DNA of 64,000 bases, taken from Candidatus Bathyarchaeota archaeon (GTDB taxonomy: Archaea > Thermoproteota > Bathyarchaeia > Bathyarchaeales > Bathycorpusculaceae). Positions within the stretch are counted from its first letter, which is position 1; every line of letters begins with the position of its first letter. Both the position numbers and the translations under genes were made by a program. Below, in pieces: positions 54,100-64,000 of this stretch. The notes beneath the pieces were generated by a model that was not told the origin of the DNA, made no database searches, and was given only the letters and a program-made list of their open reading frames with translations. Location of the stretch: positions 32,001 through 96,000 of the forward strand of contig CAWDYC010000005.1 of the NCBI GenBank assembly GCA_963806535.1, written 5' to 3'.

Positions 54100-55587
54100 T
54101 TGGTTAAATACAAAAAAATTGGTGATTTAAGAGGGTTAAGGTTTTCTTCTTTACAGGCTTCTCTTGATGTTGAATTTAAGAAAGGTTTTTTCAATGATCG
54201 TTGGCGATTTAGTAAAAAGGCCAAAGGTCTAATTGTTTTCGCGATTATTGCTGTAATGTTGATTTCTGTTTTTGCGTTTTTGCCTAAGCAAGGAAGCTCT
54301 ATAATTCCTCAAAACACAGCCCCCCCAATAAGCCCGTCGCCTTCGCCTTCATCAACTGCCAGCGTTACTCGTACAAATTATTCAATGCCACAAATTGTAC
54401 CATTGTTACCTGCTCTTACGCCTAGTCCTACACCTAAGCCTCCGGGCCTGATAGAATCAGCTCAAACTGTTAATAGTACTGTATGGCGAGGTGTGGCAAA
54501 TTATGCTTGGAACTACTTCCAACCTGATGTTGGGGTTGACCCGGGGACTGGGCTTCCTTATGCTTCAGGTATAGATTTTATGGCGTTTACTGATTGGGAT
54601 CTGGGTGTTTATATTCAAGCGGTTATAGATGCTCAGAAAATTGGTTTAGTCGGTCCTGGTGGTGACTGGGGATCTAATGCACGATTCGATAAGGTTTTAA
54701 CTTTTTTAGAAACTCGGGAGTTAAATAATGCTAGTTATCCATACCAGTTCTACAACTCCACAGACGGAGGAAACTATCACTTATTATCCGATGTATCTAA
54801 TTCTTCATATGATGTTGTGGATACTGGACGATTGTTTGTTGCTCTCAACAATCTTAGAAATTTCAATACTAACTTTACGACCCGTATAAACAACTTTGTT
54901 TACAATACAAATGGGAATAGATCAAACTATGCTGCCTTAGTGCCATCCATTGCTCAAGATGCAAATTCAAACAGCATTTATTCTTACTATTTTGATAGTG
55001 GCTTCGCAAGTTTTTGGCCTAAACAGCTCGGAAATTTACCTGCCACCATAATGAACAACATATCTAAATCTCCTACTGTACTAACTTACGGTAACATTTC
55101 ATTACCTAAAGCTGCGATTAGTTGTGACCCATTGCTCTGCTCTGTATTTGAGCTAAATAATACTAACTCAAAATTGATGGCGTTAGCAAACCAGGTTTAT
55201 TTGGCTCACGAAGCCTATTATAACTCGACAAACAATTATGTGGCTTTCAGTGAAGGTCCGGCAGGCGCTACGGGGTTCATTTGGGAATGGGTGGTTTCGC
55301 CCAACGGCGATGCGTGGAAAATACAGAATCAAGATAATCTTGGAAGCAGCGGTTACCTAAATATAGATCCTGTTTTTTACACTAAAGTCGCGTTTAGTTT
55401 CTTGGCTCTTTACAATACAACGTTTGCGCACAACATGGTGGTTTGTCTTGAGCATTATCTTGAAACTCCTACAAACGGTTATGAGGATGGCATGGATAAC
55501 AAATACAATTTGTTTGAATCTGTTGGCAGCAACACTAATGGATTAATTTTGGATGCAGCCCAATATGCTATACAGAATTATCCATAG
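54100..55587 (+). CDS. DUF3131-like secreted glycoside hydrolase / transglycosylase
   Basis: A..AWNYF, TGLP, T.WDLG.Y, DTGRL..AL, K.AF, NTNG.IL motifs; N-terminal TM. Confidence 0.65.
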   Translation: MVKYKKIGDLRGLRFSSLQASLDVEFKKGFFNDRWRFSKKAKGLIVFAIIAVMLISVFAFLPKQGSSIIPQNTAPPISPSPSPSSTASVTRTNYSMPQIVPLLPALTPSPTPKPPGLIESAQTVNSTVWRGVANYAWNYFQPDVGVDPGTGLPYASGIDFMAFTDWDLGVYIQAVIDAQKIGLVGPGGDWGSNARFDKVLTFLETRELNNASYPYQFYNSTDGGNYHLLSDVSNSSYDVVDTGRLFVALNNLRNFNTNFTTRINNFVYNTNGNRSNYAALVPSIAQDANSNSIYSYYFDSGFASFWPKQLGNLPATIMNNISKSPTVLTYGNISLPKAAISCDPLLCSVFELNNTNSKLMALANQVYLAHEAYYNSTNNYVAFSEGPAGATGFIWEWVVSPNGDAWKIQNQDNLGSSGYLNIDPVFYTKVAFSFLALYNTTFAHNMVVCLEHYLETPTNGYEDGMDNKYNLFESVGSNTNGLILDAAQYAIQNYP

Positions 55588-55718
55588 AAAGTTTTTTTTC
55601 ACAGCTCTTAAGATTGATGCTTGAGGTTAAAATCCCGTAAAAATTAGATTCTTTATTAGCGTAAGGCATTTAGGCTGGCAGTTAAAAGATAATACATTAT
55701 CCTATAAAGAATTCCCGT

Positions 55719-57257
55719 GTGAAGAAAAAAGTGACTATTACTCGTTATCCTACAATTCAACGGATTAAGCATCACCAAAAAAACATTTTTCTTTTTCTTG
55801 CATTTACGATACCTTTTGTTGTAAGAACTATACCCGAGATTTTGATGGGACCGTACATTGTAGGCTTTGATACCTTAGGCTTCTATGTTCCAAATATTTT
55901 TCAATGGCTCCATGGAGGAATAAACTTGTGGAGCTTCCTCGCAACCGCACCTTTATTGTATACAATCTTTATCTCAATAGTTGGTGCAGGCGGGTCTACC
56001 GTTTGGATGTTTAAGATTATTTCACCACTACTACTGGGATTTTTAGGTCTATCAGTTTACGGTTATGCCAAGAGAGGTTTGGGTTGGTCGCCTTCTAAGA
56101 GTTTGTTTGTTGCTTTTTTGGGGACCCTTTATTTTGTCGCCTTAAGAGCTTCTTGGGATCAACTTCGAGAAGAGCTTGGTTTAGTTTTCTTTTTTGTTGT
56201 TCTCATCTTATTGCTTGCAAACAGAAAAGATAGTTCGTGGAAGAATTATGTTGTTCTTTCTTTAGCAATGCTGGCTGTGGTGGCTTCTCATCAACTTGTA
56301 TCGGTGCTCATGTTTGGGGTTATTGTCTTCACTGTTGCCAATAATCTTTTCCGCAAATATTTTTCCCCGTCCATTCGTCTGATTGCCGTTTCTTTGCCTG
56401 CAATTCTTTATTTCGGCCTAATCTATTTAGCTGGAGTTACACAATCTGGCTTTCTTAATTACTCAACTAATACTGGCTCAACATTGCTTAGCTGGACTGG
56501 CTTTACTTCTTATCAATCCATGTTGGTAAGTGTGGGAGGGTTCTTCTTGTATTGTTTCTTACCCTTGTTGCCTTTTATTGTGGTGGGTATTTGGCGATTT
56601 AAGAATCTTCAGCTCAGATCTTGGTTTATGCTGAGTTTAATTCTGATGTTGCTTCCGTTTGCTTCTGTAAGCCCCTTTCGGTGGGTATTACTACTTATTT
56701 ATCCATTTGCGTTTTTTGTCACGGACGCTCTTAGCGGGCTTAAATCCATTAAGCTTAAAATCCGTTTCAATTTTTCTTTACGTAAAATTGCTGTTTTATA
56801 CCTTGTATTGTCAACAGCTATTTTGAGCTTTGGGTTTATTTTTATGACTTCGGAAAATCCTTTCTTTTACTATAATCCAAATTATGTAAACAAATATGCA
56901 TATCAAATTCCAACGTCGATGTTGCAAAACACAGTGTCAGTAATTGACTGTCGTGACACGGTAAACTCTTTACAATGGTTCAAAAATAATGTCAATAGCA
57001 GTGGGTTGCTGCTTTCGCATACAGTGTTTTATGGGTGGGCACTATTAGAACTCAATCAGAGCCAAGTCAAGAACTACCAATTTGATAACCCTGTCAATGC
57101 GACAAAGAGTGTTGCTCAAGAAGGGCATACGCAATTATATCTCATATGGTGGGTAAGTGGCCAAGGATGGTACGCACAACCTACTTTGCCAGCTCCGTTT
57201 CAAGAAGTTTACCACAGCGGGAGAATTGCTATCTATAGCTATAATCCGTCTGCGTAA
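55719..57257 (+). CDS. Multi-pass membrane protein, GT-C-like
   Basis: GFDT..FY, SWDQLR, SHQL; many TM segments. Confidence 0.6.
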   Translation: MKKKVTITRYPTIQRIKHHQKNIFLFLAFTIPFVVRTIPEILMGPYIVGFDTLGFYVPNIFQWLHGGINLWSFLATAPLLYTIFISIVGAGGSTVWMFKIISPLLLGFLGLSVYGYAKRGLGWSPSKSLFVAFLGTLYFVALRASWDQLREELGLVFFFVVLILLLANRKDSSWKNYVVLSLAMLAVVASHQLVSVLMFGVIVFTVANNLFRKYFSPSIRLIAVSLPAILYFGLIYLAGVTQSGFLNYSTNTGSTLLSWTGFTSYQSMLVSVGGFFLYCFLPLLPFIVVGIWRFKNLQLRSWFMLSLILMLLPFASVSPFRWVLLLIYPFAFFVTDALSGLKSIKLKIRFNFSLRKIAVLYLVLSTAILSFGFIFMTSENPFFYYNPNYVNKYAYQIPTSMLQNTVSVIDCRDTVNSLQWFKNNVNSSGLLLSHTVFYGWALLELNQSQVKNYQFDNPVNATKSVAQEGHTQLYLIWWVSGQGWYAQPTLPAPFQEVYHSGRIAIYSYNPSA

Positions 57258-57742
57258 ACTTTGTTAATTAAAACTAAGATTATTCTTATTCCCTTTAAAT
57301 TTTTTAGAGGGGCAATCGTTCAAAACATTGTAAAGAACTAAAAACGTACTCTTTAACAATAAGATTTTTTGACGATATTAGAAGTTCAAGTTAACGTAAA
57401 GTGTGATATTGCTCGTAAGGAAGCTGGAACGTTTATGAATACCGGTTTGTCAAATCATTTGAAGGTGAATGGGCTGCGCTTGGCTCAAAATCTGGTTTTT
57501 TCTAAGAAAATCAACTATTTCGGCAACTGACTTGGCGATTGATTGTTCACTCGCAATCTTTCTAGCAATAAAAAGTATTAATGACTTTAGGTGTTCAAGT
57601 GATTATGGGCATTTCATAAATTTCCTGCTATTAAATGTAGAGTATTTTTCGATTAGACGGTTTTTCCATGATAATATTCCGAGTATATGGCAAAATGTTA
57701 AATTCCTACCTCCATTCTTAAACATAGCAGTGCCTCTGGAAC

Positions 57743-57994
57743 ATGACTAAAATTAGCTTCAAAAGGATCGCGGTTAAACTGATAGGTTACGTTAAAGAGA
57801 GTTGGGGGTCTCCATTTATTGTTGGGTTTATGGTGCTTTTGCTAGCCGCTGCTATTTCTCTCTCGTTGGGTACACCTTCTTTACCTTCAAATTTAGCCGA
57901 TTTGTCGTATTATGTCTTGGTCGCTGGAATTTTGCTGGAACTTGCATCCTTTTTAAGATACCGCGGAAAAAGAAATGGTGAGGTGTCTGTGTGA
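57743..57994 (+). CDS. Small membrane protein
   Basis: WG.PF..F, YY.LV.G..L.L; overlaps the next start. Confidence 0.6.
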   Translation: MTKISFKRIAVKLIGYVKESWGSPFIVGFMVLLLAAAISLSLGTPSLPSNLADLSYYVLVAGILLELASFLRYRGKRNGEVSV

Positions 57995-58767
57995 TGGAGG
58001 AAGTGGAACTATCCTTTGTTATTCCAGCGTACAATGAGGAAAACTTCATTGAAGACACCCTTGAGACAATCGATGCAATTGTCATGGACAAAAACTTGCC
58101 TTATGAAATAGTGGTAGTTGATGATGGCAGCGGAGACAATACATTGGCAAAAGCAAAGCGATACGCAAGTAAAAATGGTCACGTCAAGGTTGTTAGTTAT
58201 AGCAAGAACGTTGGAAAAGGCTATGCGGTAAAAACCGGCTTTTTGCAATCAACTGGAAACATCGTTATTTTTGCCGATGGCGACATGGAAATTGACCTGA
58301 GAACACTTTCAAAATACCTTGATGCTCTCGAGCATGGTGATATTGTTATCGCTTCTAAGAGACATAGGGATTCACATGTAAAAGTGCCTGTTTCTAGAAG
58401 AATTTTGAGCGAAGTCTTCAATAGCTTAGTTCGCATACTTGCGGGAGTGCCTCTTAAAGATACCCAATCTGGGCTAAAAGCGATGAGAAAAAGCGCATTT
58501 ATCGATATCTTTCCTAGGTTAGCGGTGAAGCGCTATGCTTTTGACGTTGAATTATTGGCTGTAGCAAATCTTTATGGATTAAAAGTTGTGGAGATGCCTG
58601 TAAATATTAAATTAGATGCTAAGTTTAAGCCTATTGAAATGTGGCGCATGTTTCTCGATTTGCTTGGCATAGCTTATAGGCTCCGGGTCGTCCGTTGGTA
58701 TCAGCGTCCTCTTGCCAAGAAAAATAGTTTTCAGAACATGGTTTCATTTGTTCTTCACGAAAATTAA
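57991..58767 (+). CDS. Dolichyl-phosphate glycosyltransferase (GT2, Alg5/DPM-like)
   Basis: IPAYNEE, VDDGS.D, N.GKG.A, DGD, DTQSGLK, FDVELL. Confidence 0.88.
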   Translation: MMEEVELSFVIPAYNEENFIEDTLETIDAIVMDKNLPYEIVVVDDGSGDNTLAKAKRYASKNGHVKVVSYSKNVGKGYAVKTGFLQSTGNIVIFADGDMEIDLRTLSKYLDALEHGDIVIASKRHRDSHVKVPVSRRILSEVFNSLVRILAGVPLKDTQSGLKAMRKSAFIDIFPRLAVKRYAFDVELLAVANLYGLKVVEMPVNIKLDAKFKPIEMWRMFLDLLGIAYRLRVVRWYQRPLAKKNSFQNMVSFVLHEN

Positions 58768-58943
58768 TTGCTCCCATTTGTACCGTAAAGCTTTAAGGCG
58801 ATTTAGTTAACGCGTTTTTGCGTCTCTTTTTTTTAATTAATATCGTATTCTGGTAGAAATATTGCGCATTAATCAATTTGGTGAGAAAGATACATTGTTA
58901 TTAAAATGAAGATTAATTATCAGTTTGGCTCTTTTCGTTCATT

Positions 58944-60254
58944 TTGCTTCCTCCAAAAAGGTTGGCTGAAACACAGAAATACTTAATATTCGAAAGTCTC
59001 AGTTCTTATAAAGAATCAGAGAACAAGGAGGATTATCCGGTAGAGGACGTAAGAATTTGCATGGTTTCTACTCTGCCGCCCGAAGGTGGCGGAGTTTCAA
59101 CTTACACTAAAAGCCTCTTGGAATCTTTCGATTTACCCAACGCGAAAATAACTGTAATTTCTAGAAAAAGCAAATCAGTGTCGGTAATGAAGACCGAAAA
59201 CTTTCCCACTAAAAAGATAACCGTTTTCCCCTGTTGGACCCCAGGTTTTCTTTATCCTTTTAAAATTTTTAAAGCCTTTTGCAGGTACAGACCTAAGCTT
59301 ATCCATATCCAACATGAGTATTTCATTTTTGGAGGCACACTTTCTGCATCTTTGTTTCCTTTTTTATTGTTGTTTACTAGATTGCTGGATTCAAAAATAG
59401 TCGTAACTCTTCACGGTATTGTTAATCCTTCCGAAGTCAAAGACCCAGAATTAGGCGTTAATAGCAATGGAAAGATTGGGGGACTGTTTTCTCATATTGG
59501 TTTATTGTTAGTCACACGTCTAATTACTGATAATTCGGACAAAATAACTGTGATGAATAATGCACACAAGAATGTCCTAATTCAACAATATCGTTGTTCG
59601 TCTAAAAAAATTGTACTGATACCTCATGGTGTTCCGCAAAGTCAACCAATTGATCAAGAACAAGCCAAAAAAATGCTTGGGCTCAACTGCAATAAGGTTG
59701 TTTTATATTTTGGTTATATTACTAAGTATAAAGGAATTGATATTTTAATTAAAGCATTTAAAAAAATAGAAGGTTCGAACGTTGTTCTTTTAATCGGTGG
59801 AGCCCCTCATCCACGGCTAAAGAATGATCCAGAATACTTGAAATTCTGGAATTCAGTAAATAAGGAAATGTCTGAAGATAGAAGAATACGATTTGTTGGT
59901 TTTATTCCGGACAAGATTCTTTCCACTTACATTTCAGCGGCGGATGTGGTTGTTTTTCCCTATATTGCTTCATTTTCGACGGGAGGTCCAATGAATATCA
60001 CTCTTGGCTATCACAGGCCAATAATAGCTTCACGGGTTTCTTCTTTCAGTGATATCCTTCCCGCTGCTGCTGTTTTTAAAACTGGTTCTGTGTTTGATCT
60101 TTATTTTGTTCTTAACAAGGCACTTAATGATGCTGATTTTAACAGGGAACTTTCAGAATGCACAAGAGACATTGCAGAAGATCGTTCTTGGAAAAAAGTT
60201 GCCCAAACTACTGCCGATTTATACTTCAACCTGTTAAAAAAACAAAATTCTTAA
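58944..60254 (+). CDS. GT4 glycosyltransferase
   Basis: HIQHEY, IPHG, FGYI..YKG, ADVVVFPY; start uncertain. Confidence 0.88.
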   Translation: MLPPKRLAETQKYLIFESLSSYKESENKEDYPVEDVRICMVSTLPPEGGGVSTYTKSLLESFDLPNAKITVISRKSKSVSVMKTENFPTKKITVFPCWTPGFLYPFKIFKAFCRYRPKLIHIQHEYFIFGGTLSASLFPFLLLFTRLLDSKIVVTLHGIVNPSEVKDPELGVNSNGKIGGLFSHIGLLLVTRLITDNSDKITVMNNAHKNVLIQQYRCSSKKIVLIPHGVPQSQPIDQEQAKKMLGLNCNKVVLYFGYITKYKGIDILIKAFKKIEGSNVVLLIGGAPHPRLKNDPEYLKFWNSVNKEMSEDRRIRFVGFIPDKILSTYISAADVVVFPYIASFSTGGPMNITLGYHRPIIASRVSSFSDILPAAAVFKTGSVFDLYFVLNKALNDADFNRELSECTRDIAEDRSWKKVAQTTADLYFNLLKKQNS

Positions 60255-60286
60255 AAACCTCGTCAGTAGTCCATTACTAAGTTTGG

Positions 60287-61228
60287 TTGGCTTTAGATAT
60301 GAAGTGGAATAACAAGCATGTCCTCATTACGGGCGCGGCTGGCTTTATCGGTTTCAATCTCCTTCAAAAATTCATTAATTTGAATGCAGAAATTATCGCG
60401 GTTGATGATTTTTCATCTGGAAAATCAATTGAAACTTTGTCAAAAATGCCTATTGAAATTATTCGCGGAGACGTTAGCGATGGTCGTAGTTTTGAAAAAG
60501 TGCCAAACAGTATAGATTATGTTTTTCATTTTGGGGCTCCTTCTTCAATAATTCTTTTCAATAAAGATCCTGTTCTAGCGCTTAGCAACACAATTTGTGG
60601 TCTGGTTAATGCTTTTGAACTCGCAAAAAGAGTTGGCGCACAGAAGGTAATTTACCCATCAAGCGGCAGTGTATACGGAACAACTCCACCACCTCAGTCA
60701 GAAAAGAGCATACCTAAGCCCAAAAATTTGTACGGAATAACTAAATTAACTTGCGAAAGAATTGCCGCTTCTAATTTCAGTTCAGTGCCAAGCGTTGGGT
60801 TAAGAATTTTTGCAGGTTATGGTCCTGGAGAGGAGCACAAAGGGGAATATGCAAGTGTTATAACCATCTTTCTCAACAGTATGTTGAAAGATGAATCACC
60901 CGTAATTTTTGGTGATGGGACTCAGAATCGAGACTTCGTTTACATTGACGACGTTGTTGACGCTATTGTACAATCTGCCGAGAAACCGGTTTCAAATACT
61001 GTAATTAATGTTGGCACTGGTAAAAACCTGAAATTTAACGATGTTGTTGAAATAATTAATAGGCTTTTAGGAAAGAATATCCGGCCTACCTATGTTTCTA
61101 CACCTGAAAAATATTTAGACTACACTTTAGCTGACACTACAAAAATGGTTGAATTGTTAGGTGTTTCTGCAAGAAGTGCTAAGGAAGGTATTAAAGAATA
61201 TTTATCTCATGTGCGAAGGTTCAAGTGA
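60287..61228 (+). CDS. NAD-dependent nucleotide-sugar epimerase/dehydratase
   Basis: TGAAGFIG, YGITK, GDGTQNRDFVYIDD. Confidence 0.9.
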   Translation: MALDMKWNNKHVLITGAAGFIGFNLLQKFINLNAEIIAVDDFSSGKSIETLSKMPIEIIRGDVSDGRSFEKVPNSIDYVFHFGAPSSIILFNKDPVLALSNTICGLVNAFELAKRVGAQKVIYPSSGSVYGTTPPPQSEKSIPKPKNLYGITKLTCERIAASNFSSVPSVGLRIFAGYGPGEEHKGEYASVITIFLNSMLKDESPVIFGDGTQNRDFVYIDDVVDAIVQSAEKPVSNTVINVGTGKNLKFNDVVEIINRLLGKNIRPTYVSTPEKYLDYTLADTTKMVELLGVSARSAKEGIKEYLSHVRRFK

Positions 61229-61234
61229 ACATGT

Positions 61235-62302
61235 TTGAATCAAGCTTCAACTAGCCCCTTAGTTTCCGTTATTATGCTAAATTATAATGGTGCCGACGTT
61301 GTAACTAAATGTGTCGAGTCAGTTCTAGCAACGGCATATTCAAACTTTGAACTAATCTTTGTTGACAATGGTTCGGTTGATGGAAGTTATCAGTCGATTG
61401 CTGGTCAGTTTGGAAAAGATAGCCGATTGGTTTTAGTTAGGAATAATGTGAACAAGGGCTTCGCTGAAGGCAACAACATCGGATTGAAATATGCAAAGGG
61501 TTCCTTTATCACTCTTCTAAATAATGATACTGTAGTAGAGAAAGATTGGATAATTGAAACATTAAAAATTGCACAATCAGATGAAAAAATAGGAATCCTT
61601 CAAAGTAAATTGTTTTTTTGGTACGACCCCAATATGCTGGAAAGTGCAGGTGCTTTCATAGATAAAACTGGTTACGGATTCGAGCGTGGACTTGTTAAAG
61701 GCAGAGCTTTATACGATACTGTAGATGAAGTTTTCTATGCAAACGGTGCGGCTGTAACTATTAATAGAAAAGCTCTCGAAAAAATGTGTTCTGGACAGAC
61801 TGGGCTATTTGATGACGATTTTTTTTTCGCTTATGAAGACGTTGATCTCTCGTGGCGAATGAGGTTAGCTGGCTTTAAAACTGTAATTTGTCCCAGATCC
61901 ATTGTTTATCACAGAAGAAGTACGACCACTTCTCGTAAACGAGGTCGGCTTGTTTTTCATCACTGCAAAAACCGTTTATTAACTTTAATCAAGAACTACA
62001 ACTTTACGAATCTTCTTAGATATCTTCCATTACTAATCATACTTGAATCGGTTAGAGCCTTCTCCAATTTGGTTAGTGGGCAATCTGAAAGCGCGTTTGC
62101 TATGCTGAGAGCATTCGTATGGAATTTGACTAATTTCAAGCAAAGCTGGAAAAAACGCATGGTAGTTCAATATCTAATTCGTCGAATGCCCGATCAGTAT
62201 GTTACCATGTTAATGAAGAATGTTAATCCGGCAAGTTTAATATATAATCAGCGGCTTTATCAAAAGTTCTCTGCTAAGACTGGTGTTAACATAGTGAGAT
62301 GA
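61235..62302 (+). CDS. GT2 glycosyltransferase (WbbL-like)
   Basis: VDNGS.D, N.GFAEGNN, LLNND, FD..FF..YED.DL.WR. Confidence 0.88.
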   Translation: MNQASTSPLVSVIMLNYNGADVVTKCVESVLATAYSNFELIFVDNGSVDGSYQSIAGQFGKDSRLVLVRNNVNKGFAEGNNIGLKYAKGSFITLLNNDTVVEKDWIIETLKIAQSDEKIGILQSKLFFWYDPNMLESAGAFIDKTGYGFERGLVKGRALYDTVDEVFYANGAAVTINRKALEKMCSGQTGLFDDDFFFAYEDVDLSWRMRLAGFKTVICPRSIVYHRRSTTTSRKRGRLVFHHCKNRLLTLIKNYNFTNLLRYLPLLIILESVRAFSNLVSGQSESAFAMLRAFVWNLTNFKQSWKKRMVVQYLIRRMPDQYVTMLMKNVNPASLIYNQRLYQKFSAKTGVNIVR

Positions 62303-62380
62303 ATTCCAGTGCAAATGAAATGTTGTGGGCGAAAAAGCTGAGAAGAAATCAAAATAACCTAAATTGGCTGTTTCGAAATA

Positions 62381-64000
62381 ATGTATAGAATCGATTTGGA
62401 TAATCCAAAATTCGTGTTAGTGATTGCCGGTCTATTTTCAATGGTTTTATCATTCGTGATTCTTAGAGCACTTCTTCTGAACCATGGTATCGTTGAGTCT
62501 ATCGACATCCAGTGGAACAATTATGTTAACATGTTTGAACTTTGGTTTCATACCTGGAACTTTTACACTGGCGGAAGCCAAATTATCTTTGTAAGCCAGT
62601 TTCCTGTTTATTCTTTGGTTTTAGTTTTCAAAAATGTTGCCTTGGCACAGCGTGTAACTTACTTTTCGATTATTTCTTTAATAAGCTTTAACATGTTTCT
62701 GGTAACGTTCTATTCTTTGAGACGAAAAGCTCATAAAACGGGTGCTTTGTATCTTAGTTCGATCATTGCCAGCCTTTTGTACGTTCTAAATCCGCTTGTT
62801 TTTACTGAAATCTTTCATATTTCATTTTTATGGAGTTATTCCCTTTTTCCATTAGTATTCTATTTCACCTGGAGAGCCTTAAATTCAGTTTCGCGTCGAA
62901 AAGTTGTAGTTAGTTCACTTTTGTTGGGTGTATTTTTCGCTTTCATGACTGATGCTTGGGGCATGGCGGTTGGTGCTTTTCTCTTTGTTATTTTGGCTCT
63001 TTCAACCATTGTTTTGAATTTCCGCAAAAATCTTACTCGGCGATTTATTTCAAATCTACTGCTTACTGTATTTACAATGGGCTTGGCAGCATTATTGCTT
63101 GCTTCTTATTGGTTATTGCCTTACATAACGCAAAAAGCTTCAGGGCCAGTTTGGGATCCTTTTTCGGCGACAAACCTTTTTCTAAACTCGCAAGATAGTA
63201 ACTTACTTAACATTCTAGGGCTTCACAGTTGGAGTACCCAGCCTTTTTTTAATCCTACTCCTTTATGGAACAGTTTAACGTTAATTCTTTTGATTTTTGC
63301 AGTTTCCGCAATTTTGATTCGCAGAAGCAAATCGACTTTGACACTTTCTGGCTTGCTTGTTATAGGCGTTTTCTTGGCCCAAGGGACAAAGGGACTATTT
63401 GGTGAATTTTACTTATGGTTGACTTTCTACTCTCCACGGATTATTCCCAATCAAGCTTTTCTCCTAAAATATCCTTACCTTTTCCTAGCTATTGTTGATT
63501 TGGCAGCTGCACTTCTAAGCGCTGTACTAATAGTGGAAGTGTTTGAAAGAGCCAAGTTTAATGGATTTTCTTTGAAACGTTTTTTACCAAAATTTTTGAA
63601 GCGTTTTTCGCTAAAATCTTACAGTCCTGCTATAGTTCTTTTCTTCATAATAGTATCATTAATAGCTTTGGTTGGTGCACCACTATTAACGAATCTAAAT
63701 GGAGCACTAAATCCAGTCGTCTTGCCATCACAATATGATGATTTGAATCAGTATTTAACTTCTCAAGGAGGGTCATTTAGGGTCATGTGGGTGCCAGAAT
63801 CTGCAATTTTTACTTGGAGTAATAACTATTGGGCAAACAAAATAGAGTATTGGGCGAGTGGAGTGCCGCCGTTAATGTATGGATGGGGCGTATCGGCTTC
63901 TCCTACCTCAAGTTTTCTGGGAAACATGATATATGATTATTTGAACAATAACCAGACTTTGCATTTGGGTAAGATTTTAGCGTTGGCCAACGTTCGATAT
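62381..64000 (+). CDS. Large polytopic membrane protein, GT-C-like (3'-truncated by the window; not in ORF track)
   Basis: MYRIDLDNPKFVLVIAG..., LLYVLNP, many TM segments, FRVMWVP; no stop seen before the window end. Confidence 0.65.
   Translation, partial: MYRIDLDNPKFVLVIAGLFSMVLSFVILRALLLNHGIVESIDIQWNNYVNMFELWFHTWNFYTGGSQIIFVSQFPVYSLVLVFKNVALAQRVTYFSIISLISFNMFLVTFYSLRRKAHKTGALYLSSIIASLLYVLNPLVFTEIFHISFLWSYSLFPLVFYFTWRALNSVSRRKVVVSSLLLGVFFAFMTDAWGMAVGAFLFVILALSTIVLNFRKNLTRRFISNLLLTVFTMGLAALLLASYWLLPYITQKASGPVWDPFSATNLFLNSQDSNLLNILGLHSWSTQPFFNPTPLWNSLTLILLIFAVSAILIRRSKSTLTLSGLLVIGVFLAQGTKGLFGEFYLWLTFYSPRIIPNQAFLLKYPYLFLAIVDLAAALLSAVLIVEVFERAKFNGFSLKRFLPKFLKRFSLKSYSPAIVLFFIIVSLIALVGAPLLTNLNGALNPVVLPSQYDDLNQYLTSQGGSFRVMWVPESAIFTWSNNYWANKIEYWASGVPPLMYGWGVSASPTSSFLGNMIYDYLNNNQTLHLGKILALANVRY

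Noticed and set aside
62956-63198. 80-aa ORF
   Set aside because: Out-of-frame shadow inside the long membrane-protein gene starting at 62381

Overview
Archaeal chromosomal window, about 38% GC by eye. It is most likely Bathyarchaeia, inferred from egsA, Cbf5, L14e, L35Ae, aIF-1A, intron-containing tRNAs and the large PQQ-propeller and PEF-CTERM surface proteins. Contents in order: a serine-pathway operon (class V aminotransferase, serA, DUF1015); an aquaporin; a cluster of RNA/translation genes and tiny Zn-finger proteins, with structured leaders on the DEAD helicase and aIF-1A; a Cys-rich wHTH gene followed by hemA, behind tandem palindromic operators; four tRNAs (Arg-CCT, Ser-GGA with a 37/38 intron, Pro-TGG, Leu-TAA with a D-arm intron); a complete split NHEJ operon (PrimPol, Ku, ligase, phosphoesterase) extended by DUF72 and an MBL hydrolase and divergent from an SSB-like gene; and a glycosylation cluster running off the right end. 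All four tRNAs carry scars of tRNA-targeted integration. The clearest is a high-GC katG lying between a 22-bp att repeat and an apparent integrase C-terminal tail. Many genes at about 20-22 kb and 43-52 kb have 1-nt indels, probably long-read errors. Family assignments come from motif recognition only; no database searches were run.
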